Shown here piece after piece: positions 54,327 through 64,000 of a stretch of DNA of 64,000 bases. The DNA is taken from contig JAEUUZ010000035.1 of the NCBI GenBank assembly GCA_016786765.1, positions 7,694 through 71,693 on the forward strand, in the 5' to 3' direction. Under the pieces are notes generated by a model. The model did no database searches. It was not told the origin of the DNA and worked only from the letters and a program-made list of their open reading frames with translations. Position 1 is the first letter of the stretch. Every line of letters starts with the position of its first letter. The DNA comes from Chitinophagales bacterium (GTDB taxonomy: Bacteria > Bacteroidota > Bacteroidia > Chitinophagales > LD1). The position numbers and the translations under genes are program-made.

Positions 54327-54842
54327 ATGTCAGAAGTAGTATTAAGCGAACGATTACAGGAAAGAATTAAAACCCTCATCAGCCGTTATCCTGAAGGGAA
54401 ACAGAAGTCGGCTCTCATTACCATTCTGCACGAAGTGCAAAATGAAAATGACGATTATCTGACGACAGATTTAATGGATAAGATTGCTGAAATATTGAGC
54501 ATCAAACCCATTGAAGTATATGAGGTGGCTACATTCTACTCCATGTACAATCATAAGCCGGTAGGAAAATATATGTTGGAATTCTGTCGTACCTCATGCT
54601 GTGCAACGCGCAAAGCGGAGGATATGATGGAATACACTTGTCAGAAGCTAGGGGTGAAAGAGGGCGAAGTTACTCCTGACGGTTTATTCAGTGTGCGCGG
54701 AGTGGAATGCTTAGGGGCTTGCGGATACGCACCGATGTTGCAATTGGGCGATTTCTATCACGAGTTTTTAACGAAAGAAAAAATCGATCAATTGATTGAA
54801 GATTGTAGAGCAGGGAAAGTTGAATTAATAAGTAAAGTATAG
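54327..54842 (+). CDS. nuoE: NADH-quinone oxidoreductase subunit E
   Basis: 171 aa. Thioredoxin-like 2Fe-2S pattern C(RTS)CC...ECLGACGYAP. Confidence 0.9.
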   Translation: MSEVVLSERLQERIKTLISRYPEGKQKSALITILHEVQNENDDYLTTDLMDKIAEILSIKPIEVYEVATFYSMYNHKPVGKYMLEFCRTSCCATRKAEDMMEYTCQKLGVKEGEVTPDGLFSVRGVECLGACGYAPMLQLGDFYHEFLTKEKIDQLIEDCRAGKVELISKV

Positions 54843-54889
54843 AGCGTTATCTTTTTGTCTGACCCGTTCAGCAAAATCAAATATAAGTT

Positions 54890-56260
54890 ATGAGTAAAAA
54901 AATACTATTAGAGCACATCAATGTACCGGGCATCCAAGGCTACGAAGCGTATCGTAAAGTAGGTGGTTATGCTTCGGTGGAAAAAGCATTGAAAATGGCT
55001 CCTTTGGATATTGTGGAGGAGGTGAAAAAATCAGGTCTTCGCGGTAGAGGTGGAGCGGGTTTCCCAACCGGTATGAAATGGAGTTTCATCGACAAAAAAA
55101 GCGGTAAACCTGCCCATTTAGTGTGCAATGCCGATGAATCGGAACCGGGAACGTTCAAAGATCGTTACTTAATGGAGAAGTTACCTCACTTGTTGATTGA
55201 GGGAATGATTACCGGCAGTATCGCTTTGGAAGCGCATTTGAGCTATATCTACATCCGTGGAGAATATATGTGGGTGTATCGTATTTTGGAAAGAGCCATC
55301 AACGAAGCCTATGCGAATGGATGGTTAGGAAAAAATATTAAAGGCAGTGGCTACGATTTAGATGTACATGTTACTTGCGGTGCAGGAGCTTATATCTGTG
55401 GAGAAGAAACAGCATTGATTGAATCGTTGGAAGGGAAACGCGGTAACCCGAGAATTAAACCTCCATTCCCTGCGGTGAGCGGGTTGTGGGGCAATCCAAC
55501 TGTAGTAAATAATGTGGAAAGTATTGCAGCAATTCCATATATTGTGAATAACGGTGGCGAGGAATATGCAAAAATTGGTGTTGGAAAAAGTACTGGAACG
55601 AAGTTGATTTCTGCATCAGGGCACATCAAAAATCCGGGTGTGTACGAAATCGAATTGGGCTTGCCTGTAGATGAATTCATGAACAGTGATGAATATTTGG
55701 GCGGTATGTATAGCGATCGTCCGTTGAAGGCCGTTGTGCCGGGCGGATCGAGTGTGCCAATTTTACCTGCTGAATTATTCTATAAAAATGCCAAAGGAGA
55801 ACCGCGCTTAATGACTTACGAATCGCTTTCCGATGGAGGCTTCGCCAGTGCATCAATGATGGGTTCAGGTGGTTTTATTGTGTATGACGATACTACTTGT
55901 GTAGTGCGCAACACGTGGAATTTTTCTCGTTTCTATCACCACGAAAGCTGTGGACAATGTTCGCCTTGCCGTGAAGGAACAGGCTGGATGGAAAAAATCT
56001 TATGGAGAATCGAGCACGGCTATGGCAACATGGAAGACATTGATTTGCTATGGGAAATCCAACGCAAAATTGAGGGGAATACGATTTGTCCGCTGGGTGA
56101 TGCTGCTGCATGGCCTGTGGCTGCTGCTATTCGTCACTTCCGCGATGAATTTGAATTCCATGTGAAATATCCTGAGAAGATAAAAGACAGAAATCACTTT
56201 GTGGCTGAGCCATGGGAAAAGGTGAAACATTTAGTGAAGAAAGAAGAAGTATTAGTTTAA
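54890..56260 (+). CDS. nuoF: NADH-quinone oxidoreductase subunit F
   Basis: 456 aa. GLRGRGGAGFPTG, GAGAYICGEETALIESLEG and ESCGQCSPCREG motifs. Confidence 0.95.
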   Translation: MSKKILLEHINVPGIQGYEAYRKVGGYASVEKALKMAPLDIVEEVKKSGLRGRGGAGFPTGMKWSFIDKKSGKPAHLVCNADESEPGTFKDRYLMEKLPHLLIEGMITGSIALEAHLSYIYIRGEYMWVYRILERAINEAYANGWLGKNIKGSGYDLDVHVTCGAGAYICGEETALIESLEGKRGNPRIKPPFPAVSGLWGNPTVVNNVESIAAIPYIVNNGGEEYAKIGVGKSTGTKLISASGHIKNPGVYEIELGLPVDEFMNSDEYLGGMYSDRPLKAVVPGGSSVPILPAELFYKNAKGEPRLMTYESLSDGGFASASMMGSGGFIVYDDTTCVVRNTWNFSRFYHHESCGQCSPCREGTGWMEKILWRIEHGYGNMEDIDLLWEIQRKIEGNTICPLGDAAAWPVAAAIRHFRDEFEFHVKYPEKIKDRNHFVAEPWEKVKHLVKKEEVLV

Positions 56261-56278
56261 TAAGAAATTACGACCGAG

Positions 56279-57283
56279 ATGAAAGTAACGATTGACGGAC
56301 AAAGCGTAGAGGTAGAACCGGGAACAACCATCCTGAATGCAGCGCGTATGATTGGTGGCGATGTGGTTCCACCGGCTATGTGTTATTACAGCAAACTCAA
56401 AGGAAGCGGGGGGAAATGCCGCTGCTGCTTAGTGGAAGTGTCGAAAGGCTCGGATGCGAATCCAACGCCAATGCCTAAGTTGGTGGCTTCTTGCTGCACC
56501 ACGGTGATGGATGGTATGGAAGTGAAAAGTGGTTCTTCAGAGCGAGTGAGTGAAGCGCGTAAATCGGTAACTGAATTCTTGCTGATCAATCACCCGCTCG
56601 ATTGCCCAATTTGTGATCAAGCCGGAGAGTGCGATTTACAGAACTTAGGTTTCAATCACGGAAAAGAAGCTACACGTTATCAAGAAGGAAGAAGAACATT
56701 TGAAAAAATCGATATTGGCGATAAGATTCAATTGCACATGAATCGTTGTATCCTTTGCTACCGTTGTACTTTCGTGGGCGATCAATTAACACCGGAGCGT
56801 TGTCATGGGGTGATGAATCGTGGCGACCATGCCGAGATTTCTACTTTCATTCAGAAAAATATCGACAACGAATGGAGCGGAAATATGATTGATGTTTGTC
56901 CGGTAGGCGCATTAACCGATAAAACATTCCGTTTCAAATCGCGTGTATGGTTCACAAAACCTATGGATGCGCACAGAGATTGTGATAAATGTTGCGGTAA
57001 AGTTACTTTATACAACTTCGGAGATGAAATTCTTCGCGTGAGTGCTCGAAAAAATGAGTACAACGAGGTGGAAGATTTTATCTGCAATACTTGTCGTTTC
57101 GAAAAGAAAAATATGAGCGATTGGACAATTGACGGACCACGAAAATTTGCAAAGTATTCTGTGATTAATCAGAATAATTATTCCGGCAAAATGGAAACGG
57201 TAGAGTTTGATACGCCTGACCAAACAGTGCTAACAGGGCGTGCGGAAGATCGCAAGGCCATTAGCATGATTAATGTGAAATAA
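56279..57283 (+). CDS. nuoG: NADH-quinone oxidoreductase subunit G, short form (Fe-S domains only)
   Basis: 334 aa. N-terminal 2Fe-2S cysteines, HPLDCPICDQAGECDLQ, CILCYRC...CPVGAL. No molybdopterin-like domain. Confidence 0.85.
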   Translation: MKVTIDGQSVEVEPGTTILNAARMIGGDVVPPAMCYYSKLKGSGGKCRCCLVEVSKGSDANPTPMPKLVASCCTTVMDGMEVKSGSSERVSEARKSVTEFLLINHPLDCPICDQAGECDLQNLGFNHGKEATRYQEGRRTFEKIDIGDKIQLHMNRCILCYRCTFVGDQLTPERCHGVMNRGDHAEISTFIQKNIDNEWSGNMIDVCPVGALTDKTFRFKSRVWFTKPMDAHRDCDKCCGKVTLYNFGDEILRVSARKNEYNEVEDFICNTCRFEKKNMSDWTIDGPRKFAKYSVINQNNYSGKMETVEFDTPDQTVLTGRAEDRKAISMINVK

Positions 57284-57311
57284 ACGAAGTAGAACAACGA
57301 ATAAACAAGAA

Positions 57312-58370
57312 ATGGAAACAGCACTGATTATAAAACTCGTATTGATTTTGGTGATTTTCGGAATTACCATGTTCATCGCACTTTATTCAACGTTTGCGGA
57401 ACGTATTATTGCCGCATATTTTCAAGACCGTGTGGGTCCCAACCGTGCCGGTCCGCTTGGATTGTTGCAACCATTGGCCGATGGCGTGAAAATGTTCACC
57501 AAAGAAGATTTCATTCCGAATACACCGAACAAATGGTTGTTTATTGTAGGTCCGGGTATCGCAATGAGTACTGCATTAATGACGAGTGCCGTTATTCCTT
57601 GGGGAAAATCGTTAGACCTTTTCGGTTTGCATATCGATTTACAAGTGGCGGATGTGAACATTGCCATGTTGTATGTATTTGGTGTAGTTTCGATTGGTGT
57701 GTATGGAATTATGATTGGCGGTTGGGCTTCTAACAACAAGTATTCCTTGTTAGGCGCTGTGCGTGCCTCATCACAAATGATTTCGTATGAAGTGGCAATG
57801 GGTTTATCTATTATTGCTGTGTTAATGTTGGTAGGTTCATTAAGTTTGAGAGATATTGCTGAAAAACAAAGTAACTTCATCGACTGGACAGGCAAGTTCC
57901 CTTATTTCTCGTGGATTGTATTCAAGCAGCCATTAGCATTTTTAGTCTTTTTGATTTGCTCGTTTGCTGAAACCAACCGTACGCCATTCGACTTACCTGA
58001 GTGTGAGGCCGAATTAATTGGCGGTTACCACACAGAATACTCTTCTATGAAATTAGGGTTCTTCCTTTTTGCGGAATATGTAAACATGTTTATTTCGTCC
58101 ACCATTATTGCCACCTTGTTCTTCGGAGGTTATAACTATCCGTTTTATGATACTGTAGCTACTGCTGCAGGTTTGAACGCAGCAGCTATCTTAGGAGTAG
58201 TGGTTTTATTCGCTAAAATATTCTTCTTTATCTTCTTTTTCATGTGGGTAAGATGGACCTTGCCGCGTTTCCGTTACGACCAATTGATGAACTTAGGTTG
58301 GAAGATATTGATTCCATTATCTATTCTAAATATTATCATTACAGGGGTAGTAATACTATTAACGAATTAA
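57312..58370 (+). CDS. nuoH: NADH-quinone oxidoreductase subunit H
   Basis: 352 aa. QDRVGPNRAGPLGLLQP and ETNRTPFDLPECEAEL motifs. Confidence 0.95.
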   Translation: METALIIKLVLILVIFGITMFIALYSTFAERIIAAYFQDRVGPNRAGPLGLLQPLADGVKMFTKEDFIPNTPNKWLFIVGPGIAMSTALMTSAVIPWGKSLDLFGLHIDLQVADVNIAMLYVFGVVSIGVYGIMIGGWASNNKYSLLGAVRASSQMISYEVAMGLSIIAVLMLVGSLSLRDIAEKQSNFIDWTGKFPYFSWIVFKQPLAFLVFLICSFAETNRTPFDLPECEAELIGGYHTEYSSMKLGFFLFAEYVNMFISSTIIATLFFGGYNYPFYDTVATAAGLNAAAILGVVVLFAKIFFFIFFFMWVRWTLPRFRYDQLMNLGWKILIPLSILNIIITGVVILLTN

Positions 58371-58438
58371 AAGTGGATAATTGATTACGAAAATTGTTTT
58401 GAATCATTAATTCAAAAAATACATTTGCAGAACTATTG

Positions 58439-58957
58439 ATGACAGATTTTACTTCCATATCGCTCAGCGGAAAAAAAGTAGATGTTTCTCGTAAAGAGAT
58501 GACACTCTCCGAGCAATTGTATTTGCCAGGCATCATTAAGGGCATGGGAATTACAATGAAGCACTTTTTCAGTCGCAAAAAAACCATCCAGTATCCTGAA
58601 CAAAAGCGTGAGTTTTCTCCGGTATATCGTGGTCGTCACGTATTAATGCGCGATGAGAACGGTGCCGAACGTTGCACAGCTTGTGGTTTGTGTGCCTTGG
58701 CTTGTCCGGCTGAAGCCATTACCATGAAAGCTGCAGAGCGCGAGAAAGGAGAGGAGCATTTGTATCGCGAAGAAAAATACGCCAGCACCTATGAGATTAA
58801 TATGTTGCGTTGTATTTTCTGCGGATTGTGCGAAGAAGCTTGTCCGAAAGAAGCAATTTTCTTAACAGAAGAATTAGTAAATCCGGAGTATACACGTGAA
58901 GGGTTTATTTATGGAAAGGATAAATTAGTGATGAATCAGCAACAACAAGTATTGTAA
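58439..58957 (+). CDS. nuoI: NADH-quinone oxidoreductase subunit I
   Basis: Two 4Fe-4S ferredoxin motifs: CTACGLCALACP and CIFCGLCEEACP. ATG at 58439 preferred over TTG at 58436. Confidence 0.9.
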   Translation: MTDFTSISLSGKKVDVSRKEMTLSEQLYLPGIIKGMGITMKHFFSRKKTIQYPEQKREFSPVYRGRHVLMRDENGAERCTACGLCALACPAEAITMKAAEREKGEEHLYREEKYASTYEINMLRCIFCGLCEEACPKEAIFLTEELVNPEYTREGFIYGKDKLVMNQQQQVL

Positions 58958-59469
58958 TGAGTTTAGTAGAAATAACTTTTTTGATTTTATCTGTTATTGC
59001 CATCGGTAGTGCACTGATGACGGTTTTATCTAAAAACCCGATTCACAGCGCTATTTACCTGTTGATTTGCTTTTCTTCAATTGCAGGGCATTACTTGTTA
59101 TTGAATGCTCAATTTTTGTTCATCGTACATATCATCGTTTATTCAGGCGCCATCATGGTGTTGTTCTTAACCACGCTCATGTTGTTAAACTTGAACGAAG
59201 AAACCGAGCAACATAAACCGGCAATGGCACGACTGGGCGCTTTGGTGGCTGCTATTATTTTAGGATTAGTATTAGTAGCAGCAGTAAGCAAAACAGCTAC
59301 ATTGATGCCAATGAATAATAATACAGTTGATATTGGTTCAATTAAAGCCTTAGGCAAAGTATTGATGGATGAGTATTTCTATCCGTTCGAGTTTATTTCC
59401 ATTTTGCTGTTATCGGCCATGGTGGGGGTTGTTTTATTAACTAAGAAAGAGAAAACCACAGTTGCATAA
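58957..59469 (+). CDS. nuoJ: NADH-quinone oxidoreductase subunit J
   Basis: 170 aa membrane protein. TAATG overlap with nuoI. Operon position. Confidence 0.85.
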   Translation: MSLVEITFLILSVIAIGSALMTVLSKNPIHSAIYLLICFSSIAGHYLLLNAQFLFIVHIIVYSGAIMVLFLTTLMLLNLNEETEQHKPAMARLGALVAAIILGLVLVAAVSKTATLMPMNNNTVDIGSIKALGKVLMDEYFYPFEFISILLLSAMVGVVLLTKKEKTTVA

Positions 59470-59798
59470 TGACACCGATGTTAGCCATATTAGACGTAGT
59501 TTCGATTAAATATTATTTAATACTCAGTGCATTCTTATTCACCATTGGTGTGTTTGGTGTGTTGTTTCGTAGAAACGCTATCACCATTTTTATGTGTGTG
59601 GAGTTGATGTTGAACTCAGTAAATTTATTGTTAGTTGCGTTCTCTACGTATCATCACGATGCGAGTGGACAAGTATTTGTGTTTTTTGTGATGGCGGTTG
59701 CTGCAGCGGAGGTGGCTGTGGGCTTAGCCATTTTGGTAACGATTTTTAGAAATATTCACTCGGTGGATATTGACGATTTGAAAGCATTGAAAAATTAA
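59469..59798 (+). CDS. nuoK: NADH-quinone oxidoreductase subunit K
   Basis: 109 aa with 3 TM segments. [11 protein letters not shown] and [11 protein letters not shown] motifs. TAATG overlap with nuoJ. Confidence 0.9.
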   Translation: MTPMLAILDVVSIKYYLILSAFLFTIGVFGVLFRRNAITIFMCVELMLNSVNLLLVAFSTYHHDASGQVFVFFVMAVAAAEVAVGLAILVTIFRNIHSVDIDDLKALKN

Positions 59799-59827
59799 TA
59801 AAAGCCGCAGGGCAAAAAGGATTTAAA

Positions 59828-61717
59828 GTGGTGAATTTATACGTTTTAATACTTGCTCCTCTCGTGGGATTCCTCATCAACGGCTTGATGGGAAAATCCT
59901 TGCCGAAAAGTGTATCCGGAATAATCAGTTCTTTTGCTGTTTTTGTTTCTTTCGTTATTTCAAGTATTTATTTCTTTGGCTTTGTTGGAGGTACACAAGC
60001 ACCTATCGATGCTAATGTCTTTGATTGGATTACGGCAGGCGAAACAAAAATTTCATTCGGTTTATTGTTGGATCAATTATCGGGTTTGTGGTTGATGATT
60101 ATTACCGGCATCGGATTTTTGATTCATGTTTATTCTATTGGCTACATGCACGATGACGAGAACTTTTCTCGCTTCTTCGCTTACCTAAACTTGTTTATCT
60201 TTTTCATGTTGTTACTTGTTTTGGGCAACAACTTCTTAGTGATGTTTATTGGTTGGGAAGGAGTAGGATTGTGTTCTTATCTATTGATTGGATTCTGGTT
60301 CAAAAATCAACCTTATAATGATGCTGCTAAGAAAGCCTTCATTATGAACCGTATTGGCGATTTGGGTTTTTTGATTGGCATGTTTCTGATTTTGTTCTAT
60401 TTCAAAACATTAAACTACGGGCAGTTGAAAGAAGCATTGGCGTCTACTCAAACTTCTCATGGTTTGTTGATTGCGATTACCATGTGTTTGTTTGTTGGAG
60501 CAATGGGTAAATCGGCTCAATTACCATTGTACACTTGGTTGCCTGATGCGATGGCCGGACCAACACCTGTCTCAGCATTGATCCACGCAGCTACGATGGT
60601 AACAGCGGGTATTTTCTTGATTGCTCGGGCAAACTTCTTGTTTTCTATGGCTCCTGAAACACTTTCGTTTATTGCAGGTGTTGGTGCCGTTACAGCGCTG
60701 TTTGCAGCAACCATTGGTGTTTTGCAGAATGATATTAAAAAAGTCTTGGCTTACTCTACAGTATCACAATTAGGCTTGATGTTCTTAGCCATGGGTGTTG
60801 GTGCTTACACTTCAGGTGTATTTCATGTAACTACTCACGCATTCTTTAAAGCTTGTTTATTCTTGGGTTCAGGTTCAGTGATTCACGCTATGGGTGGCGA
60901 ACAAGACATTCGTAACATGGGTGGTTTGAAAAAATGGATGTCGATTACCTTTATCACATTCTTACTTTCATCCATTGCTATTGCAGGTGTTCCTCCGTTC
61001 TCCGGTTTCTTCTCTAAAGATGAAATTTTAGCACATGTATTTGAAGCGAATAAAGTACTTTGGGTAATTGGTTCACTGGCTTCGTTCCTAACAGCATTTT
61101 ATATGTTCCGTTTGGTGATCTTGACGTTCTTCGGATCGTTTAGAGGCACACACGAACAAGAGCATCATTTGCATGAATCACCGGCAACGATTACTATTCC
61201 TTTAGTTATTCTTGCTGTGTTAGCCGTGTTAGGCGGTTTAATGGGCTTACCTGAATTCATTTCACATACGCATTGGTTGAACAGTTTCTTGGCGCCAATT
61301 TTCCCACATGCTGAAGGACATGAACACATGGCTATTTCTACTGAATTTGCATTGATGGGATTAGCTACAGCATTAGCTGTTATTGGCATTGGCATCGCTT
61401 ACAGTTTGTATGTTTCAAAACAACAATTGCCGGCAAAAGAAGGCGAATTGAAAGGTTTTGCTGCATTAGTATACGACAAATACAGAGTGGATGAGTTGTA
61501 CAATGCTGTTTTCGTGAAACCTATCTCCGCTCTTTCCTCGACTTTGTATACCATCGTTGATAAGGCTTTAATTGATGGACAATTAGTGGAAGGTACTGCC
61601 GGATTATCAATGCAATTAGGAAAGCGCATTAGAAGTTTACAAAGTGGGAATATTGGATTTTACTTGTTGGTGATGGTAGTGGCGATTAGTTTAATTCTGA
61701 CGTACGTTTTTATTTAA
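59828..61717 (+). CDS. nuoL: NADH-quinone oxidoreductase subunit L
   Basis: 629 aa antiporter-like subunit. WEGVGLCSYLLIGFW and GKSAQLPLYTWLPDAMAGPTPVSALIHAATMV motifs. GTG start. Confidence 0.95.
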   Translation: MVNLYVLILAPLVGFLINGLMGKSLPKSVSGIISSFAVFVSFVISSIYFFGFVGGTQAPIDANVFDWITAGETKISFGLLLDQLSGLWLMIITGIGFLIHVYSIGYMHDDENFSRFFAYLNLFIFFMLLLVLGNNFLVMFIGWEGVGLCSYLLIGFWFKNQPYNDAAKKAFIMNRIGDLGFLIGMFLILFYFKTLNYGQLKEALASTQTSHGLLIAITMCLFVGAMGKSAQLPLYTWLPDAMAGPTPVSALIHAATMVTAGIFLIARANFLFSMAPETLSFIAGVGAVTALFAATIGVLQNDIKKVLAYSTVSQLGLMFLAMGVGAYTSGVFHVTTHAFFKACLFLGSGSVIHAMGGEQDIRNMGGLKKWMSITFITFLLSSIAIAGVPPFSGFFSKDEILAHVFEANKVLWVIGSLASFLTAFYMFRLVILTFFGSFRGTHEQEHHLHESPATITIPLVILAVLAVLGGLMGLPEFISHTHWLNSFLAPIFPHAEGHEHMAISTEFALMGLATALAVIGIGIAYSLYVSKQQLPAKEGELKGFAALVYDKYRVDELYNAVFVKPISALSSTLYTIVDKALIDGQLVEGTAGLSMQLGKRIRSLQSGNIGFYLLVMVVAISLILTYVFI

Positions 61718-61738
61718 GTTGAATAAGGGATAGAAGAA

Positions 61739-63193
61739 ATGAGTTTACTATTAATAACATTCATATTACCTCTAATTGCATCGGTGGCCACCTTTGCACT
61801 TGGCAATAAAATGGCGAAAGTATTGGCGTTGCTATTCTCTGCCGCTACCTTTGTTCTATCTATTGGCGTTTACCTTTCAGTAGCGCACAGCGAAACAAGT
61901 TCTCTTCAATTCACAGCGAATTGGATTCCTGAAATGAATATCCATTTTTCATTGTTAGTAGATGGCTTAAGTATTTGGTTGTTATTGCTGACTAACTTTT
62001 TAGTTCCAGTTGTTGTATTGGCATCTTATCAGAAGTCATTCAAAAATGAAGCGGCACTATACGCCTTAGTACTATTGATGCAATTTGGATTAGTTGGTGT
62101 TTTCACTGCTGCTGATGGTTTCTTGTTTTATATTTTTTGGGAATTAGCGTTATTGCCTATCTACTTTATTGTTTGGTTGTGGAGTGAAAATCCGGATGAG
62201 CAAGTTCGTACTAGAACAGCATTCAAGTTTTTCATTTATACCATTGCCGGTTCATTATTTATGTTGCTTGGCTTTATGTATTTGTATGTGAAGTTAGGCT
62301 CGTTAGACTTATCAACTTTATATTCTTCGTCTCTAGACAGCAAAGATCAAATTATATTATTTGCCTTTTTCTTTGCAGCATTTGCGATTAAGATTCCAAT
62401 TTTTCCTTTTCATACTTGGCAGGCTGATACGTATCGTGAATCGCCAACCATTGGAACGATGTTGCTTTCCGGTATCATGTTGAAAATGGGTATCTACGGA
62501 TTGATTCGTTGGTTGATTCCGGTATTGCCTTTAGGTACTGCATTTTGGACACCATATGTAATTGCATTGTGTGTGATTGGTGTGATTTACGGAGCCATCA
62601 TTGCTATTCGTCAAGATAACTTAAAAAGTTTGTTGGCCTATTCATCACTTTCTCACGTTGGATTGATTGCCGCGGGAACTTTAGTGCTCACGAATGAAGG
62701 GTTTCAAGGCGCTTCCATCCAAATGTTAGCACACGGGGTGAACGTAGTTGGGGCATTCTTTATTGCTGAAATCATTTTGCAAAGAACGGGTACATTATCG
62801 ATTAGTCAGTTAGGTGGAATTAGAACAGTGGCACCAAAGTTCTTCACTTGTGCTGTGATTATGGTATTGGCCTCTGTAGCCCTTCCACTCACAAATGGTT
62901 TTGTAGGTGAATTCTTATTGTTGTTTTCTATGTTTCAATATAACACGTGGTTAGCTGTGTTGGCCGGAACAACAATTGTTTTAGGAGCAGTATATATGTT
63001 GTGGATGACACAACGCGTATTTATGGGTAATGTAAATTCTCGTACAGAGAACTTTGAAGATTTGAAAACGACAGAGTTGGTGGTGTTTGTGCTATTAATT
63101 GCTTGTGTGTTTATTTTCGGAGTATATCCGAAATTGGTATTTGATCTTTTGCAAACAGCAAGTGGAACTATTTTAAATGCTTCTTTGCGATAA
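61739..63193 (+). CDS. nuoM: NADH-quinone oxidoreductase subunit M
   Basis: 484 aa antiporter-like subunit. FAIKIPIFPFHTWQADTY motif. Confidence 0.9.
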   Translation: MSLLLITFILPLIASVATFALGNKMAKVLALLFSAATFVLSIGVYLSVAHSETSSLQFTANWIPEMNIHFSLLVDGLSIWLLLLTNFLVPVVVLASYQKSFKNEAALYALVLLMQFGLVGVFTAADGFLFYIFWELALLPIYFIVWLWSENPDEQVRTRTAFKFFIYTIAGSLFMLLGFMYLYVKLGSLDLSTLYSSSLDSKDQIILFAFFFAAFAIKIPIFPFHTWQADTYRESPTIGTMLLSGIMLKMGIYGLIRWLIPVLPLGTAFWTPYVIALCVIGVIYGAIIAIRQDNLKSLLAYSSLSHVGLIAAGTLVLTNEGFQGASIQMLAHGVNVVGAFFIAEIILQRTGTLSISQLGGIRTVAPKFFTCAVIMVLASVALPLTNGFVGEFLLLFSMFQYNTWLAVLAGTTIVLGAVYMLWMTQRVFMGNVNSRTENFEDLKTTELVVFVLLIACVFIFGVYPKLVFDLLQTASGTILNASLR

Positions 63194-63211
63194 ACGAAAT
63201 TTAAAGAGAAC

Positions 63212-64000
63212 GTGAAAACATTAACATATACATCTTTACTGGGCATTTTCTGTATGCTGGCCGAGATATTGAATCTTCGAAAATTCATTATTCCGATTGC
63301 TTTGGTGGCGTTGTGTGTGATAGGCGGATTAACATATTGCGATTTAAATGTTCACTTCGAGCCATTCTTCAGCGATATGTTGCGTGTAGATAATTTCTCT
63401 ACTTCATTTTCGTTGTTATTGATTGTTATTGCCATACTGCTTATTGCTTTATCGTATGATTTTTATACTGCACAGAAGGATAAGATTTCAGACTACATTT
63501 CTATCATCATTTTTACGCTTTGTGGTGCATTAGCATTGGTTTCTTTTTCCAACATGACCATGTTTTTTATCGGACTTGAGGTAATGTCTATCTCGTTTTA
63601 TATCCTTGCCGGAACGAACAAACGTGAAGTGCGTTCGAATGAAGCCGCCATGAAATATTTCTTGATGGGCTCGTTTGCTTCAGGAATTCTATTAATGGGA
63701 ATTACCTTGATTTATGGAGCATCGGGGAGTTTTAATTTAGCTACGATTGCGGTGTATGCTTCTGGGCAGAATCCTGATATTACTTTCTACATTGGTATTA
63801 TTCTCGTACTAGTAGCATTACTATTTAAAGTGTCTGCCGTTCCTTTTCATTTTTGGGCACCTGATGTTTATGAAGGATCTCCAATGTTGATTACAGCATT
63901 AATGGCAACATTAGGGAAAGTAGCATCCTTTGCTGCGTTTTACAAATTGTTCGCAGTATGTTTTGTGGATGCAGGTAGTCATTTCAAGCTTGTCATTGCC
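63212..64000 (+). CDS. nuoN: NADH-quinone oxidoreductase subunit N (partial, runs off the window end)
   Basis: Own translation from GTG at 63212: VKTLTYTSLLGIFCMLAEILN...FFIGLEVMSISFYILAG...FKVSAVPFHFWAPDVYEGSP. The frame stays open to position 64000 (263 codons). Absent from the ORF track because it has no stop. Confidence 0.85.
   Translation, partial: MKTLTYTSLLGIFCMLAEILNLRKFIIPIALVALCVIGGLTYCDLNVHFEPFFSDMLRVDNFSTSFSLLLIVIAILLIALSYDFYTAQKDKISDYISIIIFTLCGALALVSFSNMTMFFIGLEVMSISFYILAGTNKREVRSNEAAMKYFLMGSFASGILLMGITLIYGASGSFNLATIAVYASGQNPDITFYIGIILVLVALLFKVSAVPFHFWAPDVYEGSPMLITALMATLGKVASFAAFYKLFAVCFVDAGSHFKLVIA

Noticed and set aside
57422-57895. 157-aa minus-strand ORF inside nuoH, plus similar antisense ORFs in nuoB/F/G/J/L/M
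   Set aside because: They are antisense to strongly conserved respiratory-complex genes in a tight operon. Shadow ORFs.
1-64000. Search for rRNA, tRNA, CRISPR arrays, IS elements or transposases and large tandem repeats
   Set aside because: All gaps between genes are 369 bp or shorter, AT-rich and lack tRNA-like GC-rich cloverleaf segments. No repeat-spacer periodicity and no transposase or integrase-like ORF was seen by eye. tRNAscan, Infernal and repeat finders would be the decisive check.

Overview
This window looks like a Bacteroidota chromosomal segment. Support: five proteins end in T9SS-type C-terminal sorting domains, SecD and SecF are fused, a DUF1573 gene precedes yajC, NuoG is the short form, and TAnnTTTG-like -7 boxes are present. 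About 75 genes are densely packed, and most are housekeeping. They include pyrC, menB-menD, a DHH phosphoesterase, coaE, yajC, secDF, ndk, proline dehydrogenase, rmuC, aroE, ribD, prmC, tsaC and a complete nuoA-N operon (nuoN runs off the 3' end). I found no rRNA, tRNA, CRISPR array, transposase or integrase. Six regions stand out. (1) At 36.9-40.7 kb a tight three-gene operon encodes a 101-aa mini-GrpE-like protein, an 846-aa Hsp70-like ATPase with a roughly 470-aa C-terminal extension, and a TTG-initiated tail-anchored 295-aa protein. No J-domain (HPD) partner is visible, and this is my best candidate for an undescribed system. (2) At 21.8-29.2 kb there is an AT-rich, accessory-looking cluster of three T9SS cargo genes around a LytTR regulator with a degenerate receiver domain, a 369-bp intergenic region rich in inverted repeats, and an orphan 471-aa helical protein bracketed by terminators. 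(3) A Crp/Fnr regulator is split by a frameshift in an A7 tract. (4) At 1-4.5 kb there is a sulfur-handling cluster (MBL-fold dioxygenase-like, TPMT-like methyltransferase, YeiH, rhodanese, TauE, DUF2892, Crp). (5) A free-standing NUMOD4/HNH endonuclease gene abuts pyrC. (6) clpS is directly coupled to an acyl-CoA dehydrogenase::SCP2 fusion. All functional calls come from reading the translated ORFs by eye (motifs and recalled family signatures). No database search was run.
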